Notes: generated by a model from the letters alone, not told the origin. 64,000 bases of DNA from Antechinus flavipes (GCF_016432865.1 NC_067402.1:219480001-219544000), one strand, 5' to 3'. Positions 46,901 through 61,738 are shown, numbered from the stretch's first letter. Program-made: numbers and translations.

Positions 46901-49900
46901 TAGTTCCCATCATTGTTTATTAGTTTTCTAAGACAGTTCATTATAGTTCATAGTTAAACTCCTTTTTTACTCTTATTTTCCTTTACGTTAATATTCATTC
47001 TGTATATAATCTTGTAGTTATGTTTTCTTCATTTTGAATCAGGTCTTATAAGTTGTTTTGATTTCTTGAAATTTTCATATTTCTTACTGCAGTTTTTCCA
47101 TTATGTTCATATGCCACAATGTGTAATGGTTTCCATTTTCTTGTTAATAATAATAGTGGGCCTCTATGTAATGTTTTAAAATCTGCCAAGTATTTTAATA
47201 TATATAGGATATTTGAAGCTTATAGCAGCTCTGTGGGGTAGGTGCTGTTACAGTCCCATGTCATGTAGCCAATAAATACCCGAGTCAATATTCCAGCTCC
47301 AGTCTTCATGTAAGTCTGTCTACAAGACCACTTAGCTGCTTCCCAATACTGCTACTTATACTTAAATTCTTTTTCTCACTGACTCCCTTGGTGGTATTTG
47401 ATAGCAGTGTAGTATATGAACACATTGGTATATATTTTGATATTTAGGATAGTTAGCCTACTTCACAGTACCACCAATAGTGTGCTAGTCTTCCCAAAGC
47501 TGTTTACTGTTTCTGTAGGTGTAAGGTGAAACTTTAGAGTTTTAATTTGTATTTTTCTCATATACTGATTGACATAGAGCAGTTTTTCATCTTACTTGAT
47601 CATTTACTTTTCTTCTGAAACATGTTTGTCTGTAGCCTTTGTGTGGGTATACTCATAGTTATTTATCTTTTGAGGAGTGGTCCTTTAAATATTAAAGGTA
47701 TTGTTAGGTGTTTGTTGTTGTTGTTTTTTTAATCGCTCTTAAACAACATTTTTTTTTTTTTTTAACTGTTTTATTTTTGTGTCAAGGACCCTATGTGGAT
47801 TCCTCAGAATAATATTTTTAAATGCATAAATTGAAATATGTAAAATAAAGGAAAATCAATTACTTAAGTTCAGACTATTTCCTTAACACTCAACCCCGCT
47901 TGGTGGCTAGATTTAGTATCAGTGAGAAGTTTCATGACAGCAGGTTTCTGTTTAGCATAAATAAAAACTTATTAATTAAAGCTGTTTAAAAATATTTTGT
48001 GACTTACTAAACTCCTTGTCCACTTAAGGTTCTTGAACAGAGATTGAAATGGATTGTCTTTCAGACTTGCATAGAACATCCTATATTGGGTGTAAGGTTG
48101 AACTAGTTAATCTCCAAGGTTTATCTCAACTATGAATTAATAATTTAATTAATTTTGAACACAACCTAAATATTAACATGTGCAAGATTATTTTATAAAT
48201 TAGCATACCCAGACATAACATTAGTAAATATTTTTGAGTACCTACTATATATTATAATGTAGCACATAGAAGACTTCAACATTTAGTTGGAGAGAGAAGA
48301 ATGAAAACACATGAAAAGCTTAATAACAATTCACTATTGTAATAAGATGTCACTGATTAACATCCTTTGCTGTAGTTATGCAGAAAATTGGTGAGAGGTC
48401 AGTTAAGGCACAGATCACTTAGGATGAAGGAGGTGGGGGGTGGGGATTTGAACTTCATCTAGACTGCTAGGTAGGATATAGATAGGGAAAAGGGTTTTGT
48501 AATCAGAGCTTAGCATAAGTAGAGGTAGAAAATTGTATTAAGCATTGGGAAGTGATGAAGGAAATGATCATTGTAGAAGAACTAAGTTTTTTGATTCTGG
48601 CATATTTTTTCGGTTGTTGTTTGCTTGGTTGTTTGCTTTTTGAAGGGGCTGAATTGACCTACCTGCTCTCATGGTTCTGGTCCTAATTTCTTCCCATATT
48701 TATCAGAATTTCTATATGCATACTTTACTTTCTATGCATCTATCTTAACTGACTTCTTATTCCTCTCAGCCATAGCACTAGAAACTTTTGGAGAGTAATA
48801 TTACCTGTATGGGATTCACTGCAGGACGTAATTTTTATCCTGGGATAAAATCACTATTTACTTTATGTTAATTTAATGTTATTGGTGCCCTGACAGCCAG
48901 TGTCTTAAAATCAACAAACTGAAATGAAGGATGTACCTGTTTTCTAGTGAGCCCACACTCACACACTTATTCATAGAAGTCTATAATGGGTGCTTAGATA
49001 AGGAATGAAATTTCTGTTTATTAATTCCAAGAGACCAAAAGAATTAAGAGATTTCAATTAGTGGACTCTTAAACATAACTTGAAGAGTGAGGTTCATGTC
49101 TTCTAGGGCCTGAGGTTACATATATCTTTCCCCAGGGAAACTATATATTTAGTACACTGTAATTTGCCCAGTTATTTATTTGTTTTTTTAAATCAAGGAT
49201 GAGGAGAATGGTTCCAAATAATTCAGAACAATAGAGATAATGCAGAAACAGATTTTTTTTTTTGTTTGCGTTACATTTTTAAAATGTATGAAGTTTTTAA
49301 AGTAAGAAATTTATTTTTGTTTTATGATTATTTTCATACACTTGCCAGCACAAGTACTACCTCTAGAAAAACTTGATTTTTTTTGGGGGGGGGAGGAGGG
49401 ATAAAAATTTAAGGGAAGAAATTAGAGATTTATGATACCACATAGGGATATATGTAGGTTGGAACTTTATTGAGGTCATTTTAATGTTTTGAATCTATCC
49501 CTTTAAATAATCCTATCACAGGGCATAATAACCCAAGGAGATCAAAGACTGAAATAGTTCCAATATAATAGGAAGTTATCATAGCGGCATTTTTTGTGGT
49601 AGCAAAGAACTGGAAACAAGATGTCCATTATTTGGGGAATGACTGAACAGATTCTGGTAATAATATAATATTATATGGCAAGAATTGAGGAATATGAAGA
49701 TGTAAGATAAAACATAGGAAGAATTGTTTAAAATAAGCAGAATCAGAAGAATAAGAGACACAATGATGATGTAATTTAAATGAAAACTTCACTAAAGAGC
49801 TTGGGAATGGTTCTAGAGAATAGATAATGAAACATATGCCATTGTCTGGCTAGAGATATACCAGAGCAGAGTGTTTTATATATTGTCACATGTGATTGTA

Positions 49901-50157
49901 TATCTTTTTTTGTGAGGATAGTTCATTTCTGGAAATGGATGAGATGGTATTTCTAGAAGTAACTATATGAGAAGAAAACATATTAATAGAATTTAGCTTT
50001 ATTTTAAAAAGTGTTTTTGAAGATATTAGGAAGATGGATTAGCTTTGTTAGCCAGGTGGTTGATAAGATAAAGATAACAGTTAGAAGTTGGGACTGTCTT
50101 TCATTTTTTGGTATACTTTATCCTGGGGTGGCCACCTCACTCTCCAGATAAAGAAAT

Positions 50158-50206
<49 letters not shown>

Positions 50207-53200
50207 TGTGTGTGTGTATGTATGTATAAATGTAAAACTATATAAATGATATATTTTGTTTTTTATACCTACGTTTCCCACAGTATCTGTCCTGGAGAGA
50301 TACTTACAATGAACTTTTTAAAAATAATAATTGCTTTTTGTTTTCAAAATATATGCCAAGATATACAAAACCTTGTGTTCCAAAATTTTCTCCCTCTCCC
50401 TTCCCCTCACCCTTCCCCTAGATAGCAAGTAATCTAGTACATGTTAAGCATGTATAATTCTACTACACATATTTCCATACTTAGGCTGCACAAGAAAAAT
50501 CAGATCAAAAAGGGAAAAAATGAGAGGGGAAAAAAAGCAAGCAAACAACAACAAAAATGGTGAAAATACTATGTTATGATCCACATTCAGTCCCCAGTCT
50601 TCTTTCTGGATGCAGATGGCTCTCTATTGCAAGTCATCACAAGTAATGAATCTTAAAAAGGGAAAAAGAAATAAATGTTCAGTGAAACTAACTGATATAA
50701 GAAAAGTCTGACATTTTATGCAGCATTCCAAAAAAGTATAAGATACATTTTTCTTACCTCTTCTTTGTGGCCAAGTTTTTTCACAGCATTTCATTTCTAT
50801 ATTTTTACTGCTTTTTTTCTTTCATTTCTGTTGTCATTGTATATATTATTTTCCTGGTTCTGGTTACTTCTCTTTATATCACTTCACGTAAGTCTAACTG
50901 TGCTTCTCTATATTCATCATTTCTAATTGTACAATCATGTTTTATTACATACATGTGCCGTGTTTGTTTAACTATTCCTCAATTGATTGGTATCTACTTT
51001 ATTATAGCTTTATTATAGCTATTATAGAGATGCTGTAGATGGGGGACAGGGAGACTTACTTTTTATCATTAATCTCCATTTGGTATATGGCCAGTAAGAG
51101 AATCTTGAATAATTCTAAATTACTTTCTAGAATCATTGAACTAACTTAATTTCTTCAACTCTGCATTAATGGATTAGCTCTCTTTTTATCTACTTGGTGC
51201 ATCTCTGGAACTAAGAAATTTCTTATATTTTCCTAGCTTGCTGAGCTGAAGCAGGAATGTCTTGCAAGGGGCCTGGAGACCAAAGGAATTAAACAAGATC
51301 TTATCAATAGACTCCAGGCTTATCTTGAAGAGCATGGTAAGTGTTTACTGGAACTTGAAAGTAACTTATATATGCTTTCCCCCAAGAAAACTTATAGGTA
51401 TTTGCTATATTTTTATCAGTTATTTTTACCAAGAAAGAGGAGATAATCCAAAACTGTAGAGATAATTGCAAAAATGATTTTTAAAAAAAATTGTTTTACA
51501 ATGCATTGATTTTCGTTTCAGGAGATCTATATCATTCATATTGATTTTTGCTTAGGCTAAACTTCAAATTTTATTTTTCTCTCTAAATAAAGATTAAGCT
51601 TTGCATTATTCTTTGTGTTAATATATGTGTTTTCATTTTCTGTAGCTGAAGAGGAAGCCAATGAAGAAGATGTTCTGGGAGATGAAACCGAGGTAACTTG
51701 GAAAAGTTTGATATTCTTTAGTGACCAGTTAGTGCCATGTCATAGTTCTATGATTTTACTATTAGTGTGTTTTAGAATAATCTTTACTTGTTGGAAGGGC
51801 TGTTGCTTTTCCTGAAAATAGTCTCAGAGCTGGAAGGCACATGAGAGATGACTTGGTGTCCAATTATGAGAGAGAATATATATGGTAAGGGGAAAAAGTT
51901 CCAGGGGTACTCACTGTGGCATTCTGAAAATCTTTTTGCTGATGAATGTTTCAAATTTACTTTGTGCTGATTTCAGGAAGAAGAACCAAAGCCAGTAGAA
52001 ATACCTGTCAAAGAGGAAGAGCCTCCAGAGAAAACTGCTGATGTGTAACTATCTCTTGCTCAACTCCCTTTAAAAATTAGACTATGGAATTAAGGCAATT
52101 TTGATTAGATTGAGTTTGATGGCTCTTCGAGTTTCTCCAGAAAAGCATGTTTAGAATATATGAGGAATGGCCACTATATTGTCCTTTCTTGTAATGCTTT
52201 CCACTCTTGAATGGACTGCATGTTTTCATTCCAAATTCTCTCTATATGGTTATAGAAAAGTAAAACAATTTGTTCCCACGTCACAGAGTAGATATTCGTT
52301 ATTGGGTGACTAATATCTAGGCCTGTAGTGATGCCTTTAAGCTCTGCTTTTCTATTAGAGGAACAACAGTAGGTGAACACATAAATGTTCTCTGCTACGA
52401 TAGGTAGAGTAAGGGAAGATGGTTTTGAGGAGAAAAGGAGATCTATATCTGTCTTTTTTTTTTTTTTTTTTTTTTTTTTGTAGGGGAGGCCTGGGCACTA
52501 GAGTAAAAATTGGATCTCAGTTTACCTAAATTTTGTTAGCAAACTTATTACTTTTTTTAAGGGGTAGGGTGTCTTATTTTCCAGATACCCTTTGGGGGCT
52601 TCCATCATATTTAGAGTATCTTTAATATCTTTTAATTTCAATTGAATCTGCTTCTTATAGCTGTATTACCTCTGTTATTTCTGTTAGTCTAAGTTAATTG
52701 AAGACTTTAGTAGCTAGAAATGATGTTTGAGAACTGCAGTGCCTATCCATTATCCTCTGGAACAAACAGAATGGTTTTTGTCGTTTTTTGATCAGATGAT
52801 TTTAATTCCTAGAATTAATGAGGTTAGGGCAAGGGAACTTTGAAGACCTATTTTCAGATTATATGTGTTTGCTTGAAGCTCTTTTGGACTAACTTAGCTA
52901 CCTGGACTAACCTGGTGCAGAGAGTATTTATACCTATAGATTGTGTATAGTTTTATTTATGAATATGGAAAGAAGAGATTTCTTATTGGAACAGTTTAAT
53001 GGACATTATGATGTCTTTTTTTACTTCTTGAATTTAATTGAGTAGAGGCGAATTGAAGCAGAGAGGAAGGAAGCTCCCTCTCTGGGGTTCCCTTTCTACC
53101 ATGAAGTACTGAAGTGATTTGTACATCAAGATTGGAATGTAGAGGAAGTTGTTAGCCGGGGGAGGGGGGATTTGGGGGAGTAGTGGTGGTGATGGCGGTA

Positions 53201-56200
53201 TGTGTGTGGGGGGGTGGAAGTGAGAGGTAGGGGGTGCTGTTCTTTTAATGACGTTGGACTTCAAGTAAGACATTAAACTCCTGAGCTCTATATGNNNNNN
53301 NNNNNNNNNNNNNNNNNNNNNNNNNNNNNNNNNNNNNNNNNNNNNNNNNNNNNNNNNNNNNNNNNNNNNNNNNNNNNNNNNNNNNNNNNNNNNNNNNNNN
53401 NNNNNNNNNNNNNNNNNNNNNNNNNNNNNNNNNNNNNNNNNNNNNNNNNNNNNNCAAATTTATAAGAGAATGGTGATACCATGTAAGAATGGTTTAAAGC
53501 AACTCCCTTTATCTTAACTTTGGTCTAGGATTCCTCCAGATGCCCTTCAGTTTCTAGTTTGATTAACTGGGCACAGTTAAATAGGGCAGAGCTAAGTTAT
53601 AGTCAGCAGGGGGCACCTCTTGCCTAACTCAGAGTATAGGGTGTTCTGACAAAAGGGTGGAGGGGAGGAACGAGTTCCTGTTCCAGAATTGCTTCCTCTG
53701 AAAATGTCATTAAACCATTACTACCTTTCAGGGCATCAAATGGGAAAACTGTCCAGGAGACTGGAACAAAAGCCGCCCATGCCTCTAAATAAGGGACCTT
53801 AATGAGGCTGGTTATGACCCACAGTTTTATGGGAGTTGTTTGGTGGAGCGTTAATGCCCTTCCATTTATCCTGGGTACTTCCGAACTTTGTCTCCCGCCC
53901 CTCTGGTCCCCCCGCTTTTGTTTTCTCTCTTAAACCTTTTGACCAGAGACTCAGCCATGTTTTCCTAAGACAAACTGACCTCCGCCTCCTTCCTCCTAAT
54001 TCCCTTTGGCATTTTCATTTGTCCCACTTCCAGGGTTCCAGCTGGAGTTGTAAGCCTCTGAGAAATGGGGAAAACAGACCTTATGGAGTGTACATATGAG
54101 TTGTGATGTCAAAAGCAATAACTGATATCAAGAAAATAGTTATTAGGTCAAAAAGGAATGGAAAGGTTCTTAGAACAAGGGTAATGATCTCTGGTGTGTT
54201 GCTATGCATGTTTCTTTTCAAATTCCTGAAAAAGGGATCTTTTCTGATTTAAATTATTATATTTTAGTTATCTGCCATGTCATTTTGTCTTTTCAGTGGG
54301 TGGCAGACCCCCAAATCCATATTGGAAATGTCAAGTGTCAATCATAGTGTCTAGTTATAGATTATCAGGATTTTAAAATTTGTTCTTTTCCTTCCCCTCC
54401 AGGGCAGCAGAGAAGAAGGTAGTGAAAATCACATCTGAAATACCACAGACTGAGGTAAACATTTTTCTCTGTTTATCTCCTTGTTTATCTTTTTGGGAAG
54501 CAGTCTTTTTATTTTATATTCCCTCATTCCATTTGTGTTTTCTTTCACCCTTTATTTTTAGGTTGAGAAATGGTATAGTTTCTTTATATCTTCCTATCCT
54601 CTCAATTTCTCTTGTACATTTCTTGTTTAATAGCTTATGGGAAAATATTTGGATTTTTCTGTAGGACAGTTAGTCTTCTGTTTTCTAACATTATGGATTC
54701 AATGGCAACCACATAAGATCTAAGCATCCATTATGTGATCTGTGTATGTGCACATTTAGCGAGTTCCTGCTATCATGTATGCTTGCTAGCCTATATGTGT
54801 TTGTGTGTGCTTGTGCGCATGCACAAGGTAATTGGGGTTAAGTGACTTTTCCAGGATCATACAGCTATTAAGTGTCATGTTTCTGAGGCCAGATTTGAAC
54901 TCAGGTTCTCCTGCCTCCAGAGCTGGTGCTCTATTAACTGTGTCACCCAGCTGTCCCATTATATGCTCTTTTGGTCAGATGTAGTCCATCTTACTTTGGG
55001 ATGTAATTTGCCTGAGATTTTCTGTAAAAAAAAAATATTGGTCTGATAAATTTAGCACATATGAACCTAGTAGGCCAATAGAACCTTCCTTACTACTCTG
55101 ATACTGCTGTATCAACTAACTGTTGGTTTGCCTAGTGTCATAGTAGCAAGTTCGAATCAGTTATTGTATTTGTAAAAAATGCACAAAACTTGTACATACA
55201 TTTTTGATCTTTTGGCTGACTAAAAAAAAAAAAACCGGTGTCCCCTAACTCAAGGTACTAGAGGCCAACAGCTAGGGGATTGAATTTATGAGAAGTGGTT
55301 GGTAACAAATTTAGTCAGTTGACTCCAAGGGGATTTCTTTTCTTTTTTTTTTTTTTAAATTTAATTTTATTTAATAATAACTTTGTATTGACAGAATCCA
55401 TGCCAGGATAATTTTTACACAGCATTATCCCTTGCAATCACTTATGTTTCGTTTTTTCCCCTCCCTCTCTCCTCCCCCCCACCCCCAAGATGGTAAGCAG
55501 TCCTATATATGTTAAATATGTTGCAGTATATCCTAGATACAATACACATTTGCAGAACCGAACAGTTCTCCCGCTGCACAGGGAGAATTGGATTCAGAAG
55601 GTAAAAATAACTCAGGAAGAAAATCAAAAATCAAATAGTTCACATTCATTTCCCAGTATTCCTTCTTTGGGTGTAGCTGTTTCTGTCCATCATTTATCCA
55701 ATGAAACTCAGTTAAGTCTCTTTGTCAGAGAAATCCACTTCCATCAGAATACATCCTCATACAATATCGTTGTCGAAGTGTATAATGATCTCCTGGTTCT
55801 GCTCATCTCACTTAGCATCAGTCCATGTAGGTCTCTCCAAGCCTCTCTGTATTCATCCTGCTGGTCATTCCTTACAGAGCAATAATATTCCATAACATTC
55901 ATATACCACAATTTACCCAGCCATTCTCCAATTGATGGGCATCCATTCATTTTCCAGTTTCTAGCCACTATAAAAAGGGCTGCTATAAACATTTTGGCAC
56001 ATACAGGTCCCTTTCCCTTTTTTAGTATCTCTTTGGGGTATAAGCCCAATAGAAACACTGCTGGATCAAAGGGTATGCACAGTTTGATAACTTTTTGGGC
56101 ATAATTCCAGATTGCTCTCCAGAATGGCTGGATTCGTTCACAACTCCACCAACAATGCATCAGTGTCCCCGTTTTCCCGCATCAAGGGGATTTCTTTAAA

Positions 56201-59200
56201 AATAAATTTTTACATGATTTATATTTTCTATTGTATTCCTCCCCCTCCCAGAAAGCCAAACCTTATAACAGGTTTCTAAGTAAGTAAAAAATTCAGCAAA
56301 ACTTTTATATTGAAAAAATCTGTCATTATATACAATATTCTACATCCTTGATTCTTCCACGTCTGGAAAGAAGCAGAGGGAAGTGCTTTTTCATATTTCT
56401 TTAAACTTGGTTTTCATTTACATTGTTGTATTTAAGTATGTTGTTTTCCTGGTTTTCCTCAATTCATTTTGTAGTATTTCATGTAAGTCTTCCCTTGTTT
56501 CTCTATAGTTATCATTTTTTACAGCACATTAATGTTCCATTACTTTCATGGACTACAGTTTATTTAACTATTCAAATAATGAGCATCTTTTTTGTTTGCA
56601 ATTAAGAGATTTTTTAAAAGTTTATTACTAGTAGCTGTGAAGTCTTATTGTATATTCATCTCAAGTTTTGAGGTCAGATATCACTAGGAACTTTTTGTTT
56701 TGTACTCATAGAATAGTGAGTTAATAAACCCTTTTGGGATAACACAGAGCGTACTGTTCATTCTTAAAGTTAAAGGTACCCAGCTTGACAGGAAATTTTC
56801 CATTCTTGGTTTTGGACCCAAGTCATCTTTTTGGTTCCTTCAGAGAATCACCCAGAGGTAGCTTATATCTTTAGCTTTATTCTTTTTCTTCACTGAATCA
56901 AATCAGTCAAGAAGCACTTATTAAGTTATAAGTAGTGAACAAAAATGAAACCATTCTTCCTCTCAAAGAGTTTACATTCTGTTGGAGAGAGAGATTAAAT
57001 TCATCATGCTTTTCTCCTCCACCCCCACCTCCTCGTTTTTGTTTTCGGGGTTGTGGTGAATTCATTGTGGTTTCCATGTTTTTTGTTTTTGTTTTTGTTT
57101 TTTTTTCCTGGAAAAGAACTCTGGAATCCAATCTTTGCTCTTGAATACTGCCTGAGTAAGTTTCCTGGGGTTGGCATTGTTATTAATCTTGTTATAAGGA
57201 GTTCTCAATGTTCTAAAGAGCTAATAATCTGGACTTCTTTTTCAAAAGAGGCCATGTTGAAAGCTCAATGGATTTTCTTCTCCTCTTTCTAATCTTTCAG
57301 AGGATGCAGAAACGAGCTGAGCGATTCAATGTACCTGTGAGTTTGGAGAGCAAGAAAGCTGCCCGTGCAGCTCGGTGAGTATTTTTTAGTTATGAAAATT
57401 TAAAGAACATCTATAAGGATGGCAACAGGAATGGCCATATCTATGGGGTATGACTGTATTCCACAAAATGTGGAGCATTTTCTAAGCATTTCTGTGGATT
57501 CAAACCTATCATCAACAGGTATGACCTCATTGCTCAATAGATAATATTGTTGAATGCCAGTTCTAATTCTTATAAAGGATTTCTGTAAGCTTACCTTTGT
57601 GGACAACTTTTTTTCTTCAGCATGAGGGGGGAAAAAACTAAATCTCTTTCATGGGGTTGTTAGAATTAGCTAATGATTGCAAAGCTGGAGATCACAAGCA
57701 AAAAGGGCCATATGTAGGCTTGACAAGAAACAAGAGAGAGCCAGGAGTGTGAACAGCTTCCTAATTCAGCTTTGTTTCTCTTTCTATAGATTTGGCATTT
57801 CTTCAGTTTCAGCAAAAGGTAAGAAAACAGAGGGGACACTGTCATAGTTTTCTCTTATTTTTCTCAAGAATTTTTTTGGTTTTTGATTTGTTTGGAGTCT
57901 CAGGCTGGGTTTCCCCAAATTAGAAGAATAGCTTTTGGATAGAAGACCTTGAGAAATCATCTCATTTCTCTTAAATTATGCTTATAATTAAGCCATCCTT
58001 GGTAAATTAAGGAAAAATGACTCTGGGGTTCCAGAAGTATGTTCCAGCATTTGCCTCCCCTTTCTGATAATCTCCAGGGAGGATGGTTTCCAGATTTGCT
58101 AATTAATTCTAACATCTCAGTTTTTAAAACAATTCATTTTATGTATTGACACTAGCAATGGGCCTAATTTGGTGAAGTATACAAAAGGAAGAGTCTTTTC
58201 ATGTAGAAGAAAATGAGGAATAAAAACAAAAGTTCCTACATGCAGAACTTTTTGTCCCATAATCAGAAGTTGTTCCCAGTGATTTGGGAGTTATTGTAAA
58301 CTGTTCTACAAAGAGCAGCCAAAATGATATTATTGGGGGGGGGGGGGTTGGGGTAGAGAGGGGAGAAAAAACCTACAAGATAATGAGAGTACTCTGAGAG
58401 TATTTGGAAACAAAACAGAAAAAAATCTATATAAAAACCATGGAATATCTACTCTAAGAATAATGGATGCAGTTTTGTTTATTTGTCTCAGAGATGGAAC
58501 TAAAAAATATCAGAGAAAGGAAACTAAAATGAGGGCAATGAAATTCTGCTTGGATGGACTAAAGATTAGGATACTTTTCAAAGAAAAACCTAATATAGGA
58601 GATGAGTAAAATTAAAGTAAACACAGACTTATTAAGCCTTGGGGTTCTAGAGTGAGAGACAATCTCTTGAAACAAATGAATTAAAACAAAATTTTAAAGA
58701 TAATTTTTTTTCATATGTGTGATAAACTTTTTTTTTTTTTTTTTAAATCAGTCCTGTTTCATAGTATGGAGAGCTCTCAGTGAGCGAGTTCTCTCTGCCA
58801 ATGCATATTGGCACTTTTCTGTAGCTTATGGTCTTAGAATTACCTGGGATATTGAGAAGCTTCCTAAATCCAATGCCAAGTCTCATTTACTATTTCTGTA
58901 TATGATACAACATGTCCCTTTTACTAAACTCTAAGGGAAATTTATGGTAACTCAGTACCTCAACTTATAGCAGAAACTTTAAAAGCAAAAAGTGTTAAAA
59001 TTGATTTGGATAAATTTATGGGTGGTAGCTACATAATTAGGTATTAAGAGAAGTTAGCCTTTGAGATTGATATCAAGAATTGATAAATATAGTATCTTCC
59101 TTTTCAGCATTTTAAGAGAGAATAATTCTAGTTAAATTGACAATGAGTCTGCTCTGTTAAAGTGATACTGACTTTTTTTGGTCTAAATTGATTCCATTTG

Positions 59201-60767
59201 TTGCACTTTGATTAGTAGTTCCTCCTTGTCTTAGTGAGAGTAATGAGTAATGAGTAAATGTCTTTTTATGTTACATGTTGGCTATTTCCTCTTGAGGACT
59301 ATGTATAACTCTTTTCAAATAGTAAATTGGATTTGTTTTTGCTTCCTCAGGTTTATCGTCAGACACGAAACCTATGGTAAGAAATCTACCCCCCTTCCCC
59401 TCCCCTAGTAGAATCAGATTTTTTTCCCCTTTAGAAAATAAGATTTTAAAAGTTAGGAGCAATTGATAGCCTATAGCAACATTAAGGCTTATATTCTGGA
59501 GGTTTACTTAGTTTCTTAAAAAGGAACAGAACATGTATTTTAACTCTACATATTTATTTTTTAGATCTAGGGACTATTAAACTTTCTCTTCATATTCTTT
59601 TTGAGCTCAGAAAATCCTGATGTCAGAAGAAGTGGGTAGTCAGTTGGAGAAACTTAATCTCTCTCTGTACTGCTTGTCTCCATTTCATCAGGAGTAGAGA
59701 ATTAGCACACTTTTTCTGAGTCACATTTATATTTTATTCATTTTCTTCTGCATGCAAAGATTAATTACCTACAGAGCCAGTGAAGAACATACTTATCTCT
59801 TAACTCTGGTGCTATAGCTTTAGACCTTGTTGATATCTAACTTAATTCCTATCTCCAAAAATCTCTTTATTAACTCTGCTTATGGTTACAGTTTTGCATT
59901 ATGAAGAAAAATTAAAAACAATAAAATTAGGGTTGGAAAGTAATGAAAATTGGAATAAGATGTCCTGTAGCACAGCGTGGCCATTCAGATGCTTTTGGGC
60001 TAACATAAGCAATGGGAAGCAATTATGGAGGGGAAATGCTCCCTCACACCTGACCCTTAAGAACTCTTCCTTTTGGAGATGCTGTTCAATGATGTGATTA
60101 GAATGGGTTGAGTCCTTAACTAAACAGAGACTTTTGTAATGCTGGGTTTTTACTACCAGAACTTCAAGGAAAGGGGAGATAAAATAAGTTAATATCAATA
60201 ATCTGTGGATTTACCTTTTGAAAAAAACAATGAGAGCAGCATTTAGTTTCTACTTTAGCCAAGAGGAGATAGAAACTGAATTTTCTATAACATGCAGATA
60301 TTATATTTTGAGTCAAACATTTTGAGTTAAAAATGATGAATATTATAAGTAGCAGGGGAATGGGGGGGTGGAGTTGGGGTGGGTCGGGAGATAAATTTTT
60401 TAAGCTGCTGCCTGATCTTAAGTCCCACTTAAAATTATTACCTTAGATCATTTTGCAAAAGATAAACCCAAAATTTCAAAATGTTTTCAATTTCAGTGAT
60501 CAATGGAATAAATCGGTGCCATTGTTTCCTTGATAAAATTCATCACAGCATTCTTGAGACATAGAAATATCAAATTGATGGACTAAAATAATATCTTCAC
60601 TGTTTTGTGTAGGTTTTTGCATGGCACTCTGCTTTATTTTAGTATTTTCTTCTTTGAATTTTGAAAAATCTACTTATCTGTCTCCCTTGTTTTTGTAGGT
60701 AAACATGGATAAATTAAAGGAAAGGGCTCAAAGATTTGGTTTGAATGTCTCCTCAGTCTCCAAGAAG
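43366..60767 (+). CDS. SARNP: SAP domain-containing ribonucleoprotein (CIP29/Tho1 orthologue), 3'-partial, exons 1-9: join(43366..43401,51237..51336,51646..51692,51977..52044,54403..54454,57301..57374,57790..57818,59351..59376,60699..60767), 167 aa. The last two exons were not found in the window.
   Basis: MAAETVELHKLK|LAELKQECLARGLETKGIKQDLINRLQAYLEEH (SAP domain), acidic region, KKVVKITSEIPQTE, then RAERF / RAARF / RAQRFG motifs. All junctions are GT-AG and in phase. Confidence 0.97.
50160..50220 (+). repeat. (TG)n microsatellite in SARNP intron 1
   Basis: Direct reading. Confidence 0.95.
53295..53454. other. Assembly gap (160 N)
   Basis: N run. Confidence 1.
54827..54957 (-). mobile_element. 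WSINE1-like SINE
   Basis: Reverse complement of gggacagctgggtgacacag...cctgagttcaaatctggcctcag...ttaaccccaattacc. Confidence 0.8.
55341..56182 (-). mobile_element. Young 5'-truncated L1 (842 bp; ORF2p C-terminal domain still open at 55744-56160) with a perfect 15-bp TSD
   Basis: ORF reads HCWWSC...WRAIWNYAQK...IPFDPAV.LLGLYPKE...MFIAALFIVARNWK..GCPSIGEWL.KLWYMNVMEYY (L1 ORF2p C-terminus); TSD caaggggatttcttt at 55326-55340 and 56183-56197; poly(T) tail. Confidence 0.95.
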
Positions 60768-61738
60768 GTAAGGTGTTTTGGCCCTAAGAACTATTTCTGT
60801 ACTTTTAAAGCAGCTTTATGGATAAGAATTGATACCTTTCTAACAAAATAATTAACTACTGTCTACTTGTGGTGAATGCTTTTGAATTCCTCCTCTGTCT
60901 TTTGGTTATGTTGTCAAAAAGAGTTATCAGGTTTTAGTTTTCAATAACTCCCATCTTGGTTTTGTTGATTGTCAGAACTTGTTATTTCTGCCAGGTATAG
61001 CTGGCCTTTCCCCATTAGGTTGCTGTTTTTCTTTTAAATAGAATTAAGTAATTGTATTGTTCTACTTTCCATGAAAATTACATTGAAGAGAGACAGCCTT
61101 ACTTTTAGGTAGAAGGTACCCCAAAATTTGGGGTTCCTTGTAATAAAAGCAAGATGGTTATTACATTTTCTCCCATTCTTTTGATATTTCTAGTGTCACT
61201 TAATTTACCGAACAAGAAACTTTAGAATAATTGTAATCTAAAAATAACTTTCTTGCTTGGTGAATAAAAGAAAATTTGATTGTTGGAATAATTTGTAAGG
61301 TGATGAGTTTTTCAGTTCATGACTGATACTGGACACTTGGATAAGAAATATAAGGAGATCTATAGCAAATGGTCTTTTAATCTCTGATTAGTTCTCCTCT
61401 AGGAAGAAGAGGACTAAATACTTCCTGGGCTTGGTGATATTTGGGGAAGAAGTTCACATGGTGCAATATTTCAGACAAGTCAAACACTATCTTTGGCTCC
61501 ACTGTCTAAGTGTCAGATGTGTTGTTAATAGGTTGACTCAAGGAGGATTGCAGCTAGTAGTGGATATGAGTTTGCTTGATGAAGAATGCCTGTACTGGTA
61601 CAAAGATTGGATACCTAACCTGTACTTATGTGACTTATGTGCATATTCCCTGAAACTAAATCTGTGGTGTTTAATATAGATGGGCTACCATTAGTATCTA
61701 CAAGCACATTACTAGACAAAGATGCTCATTAAACCTTT

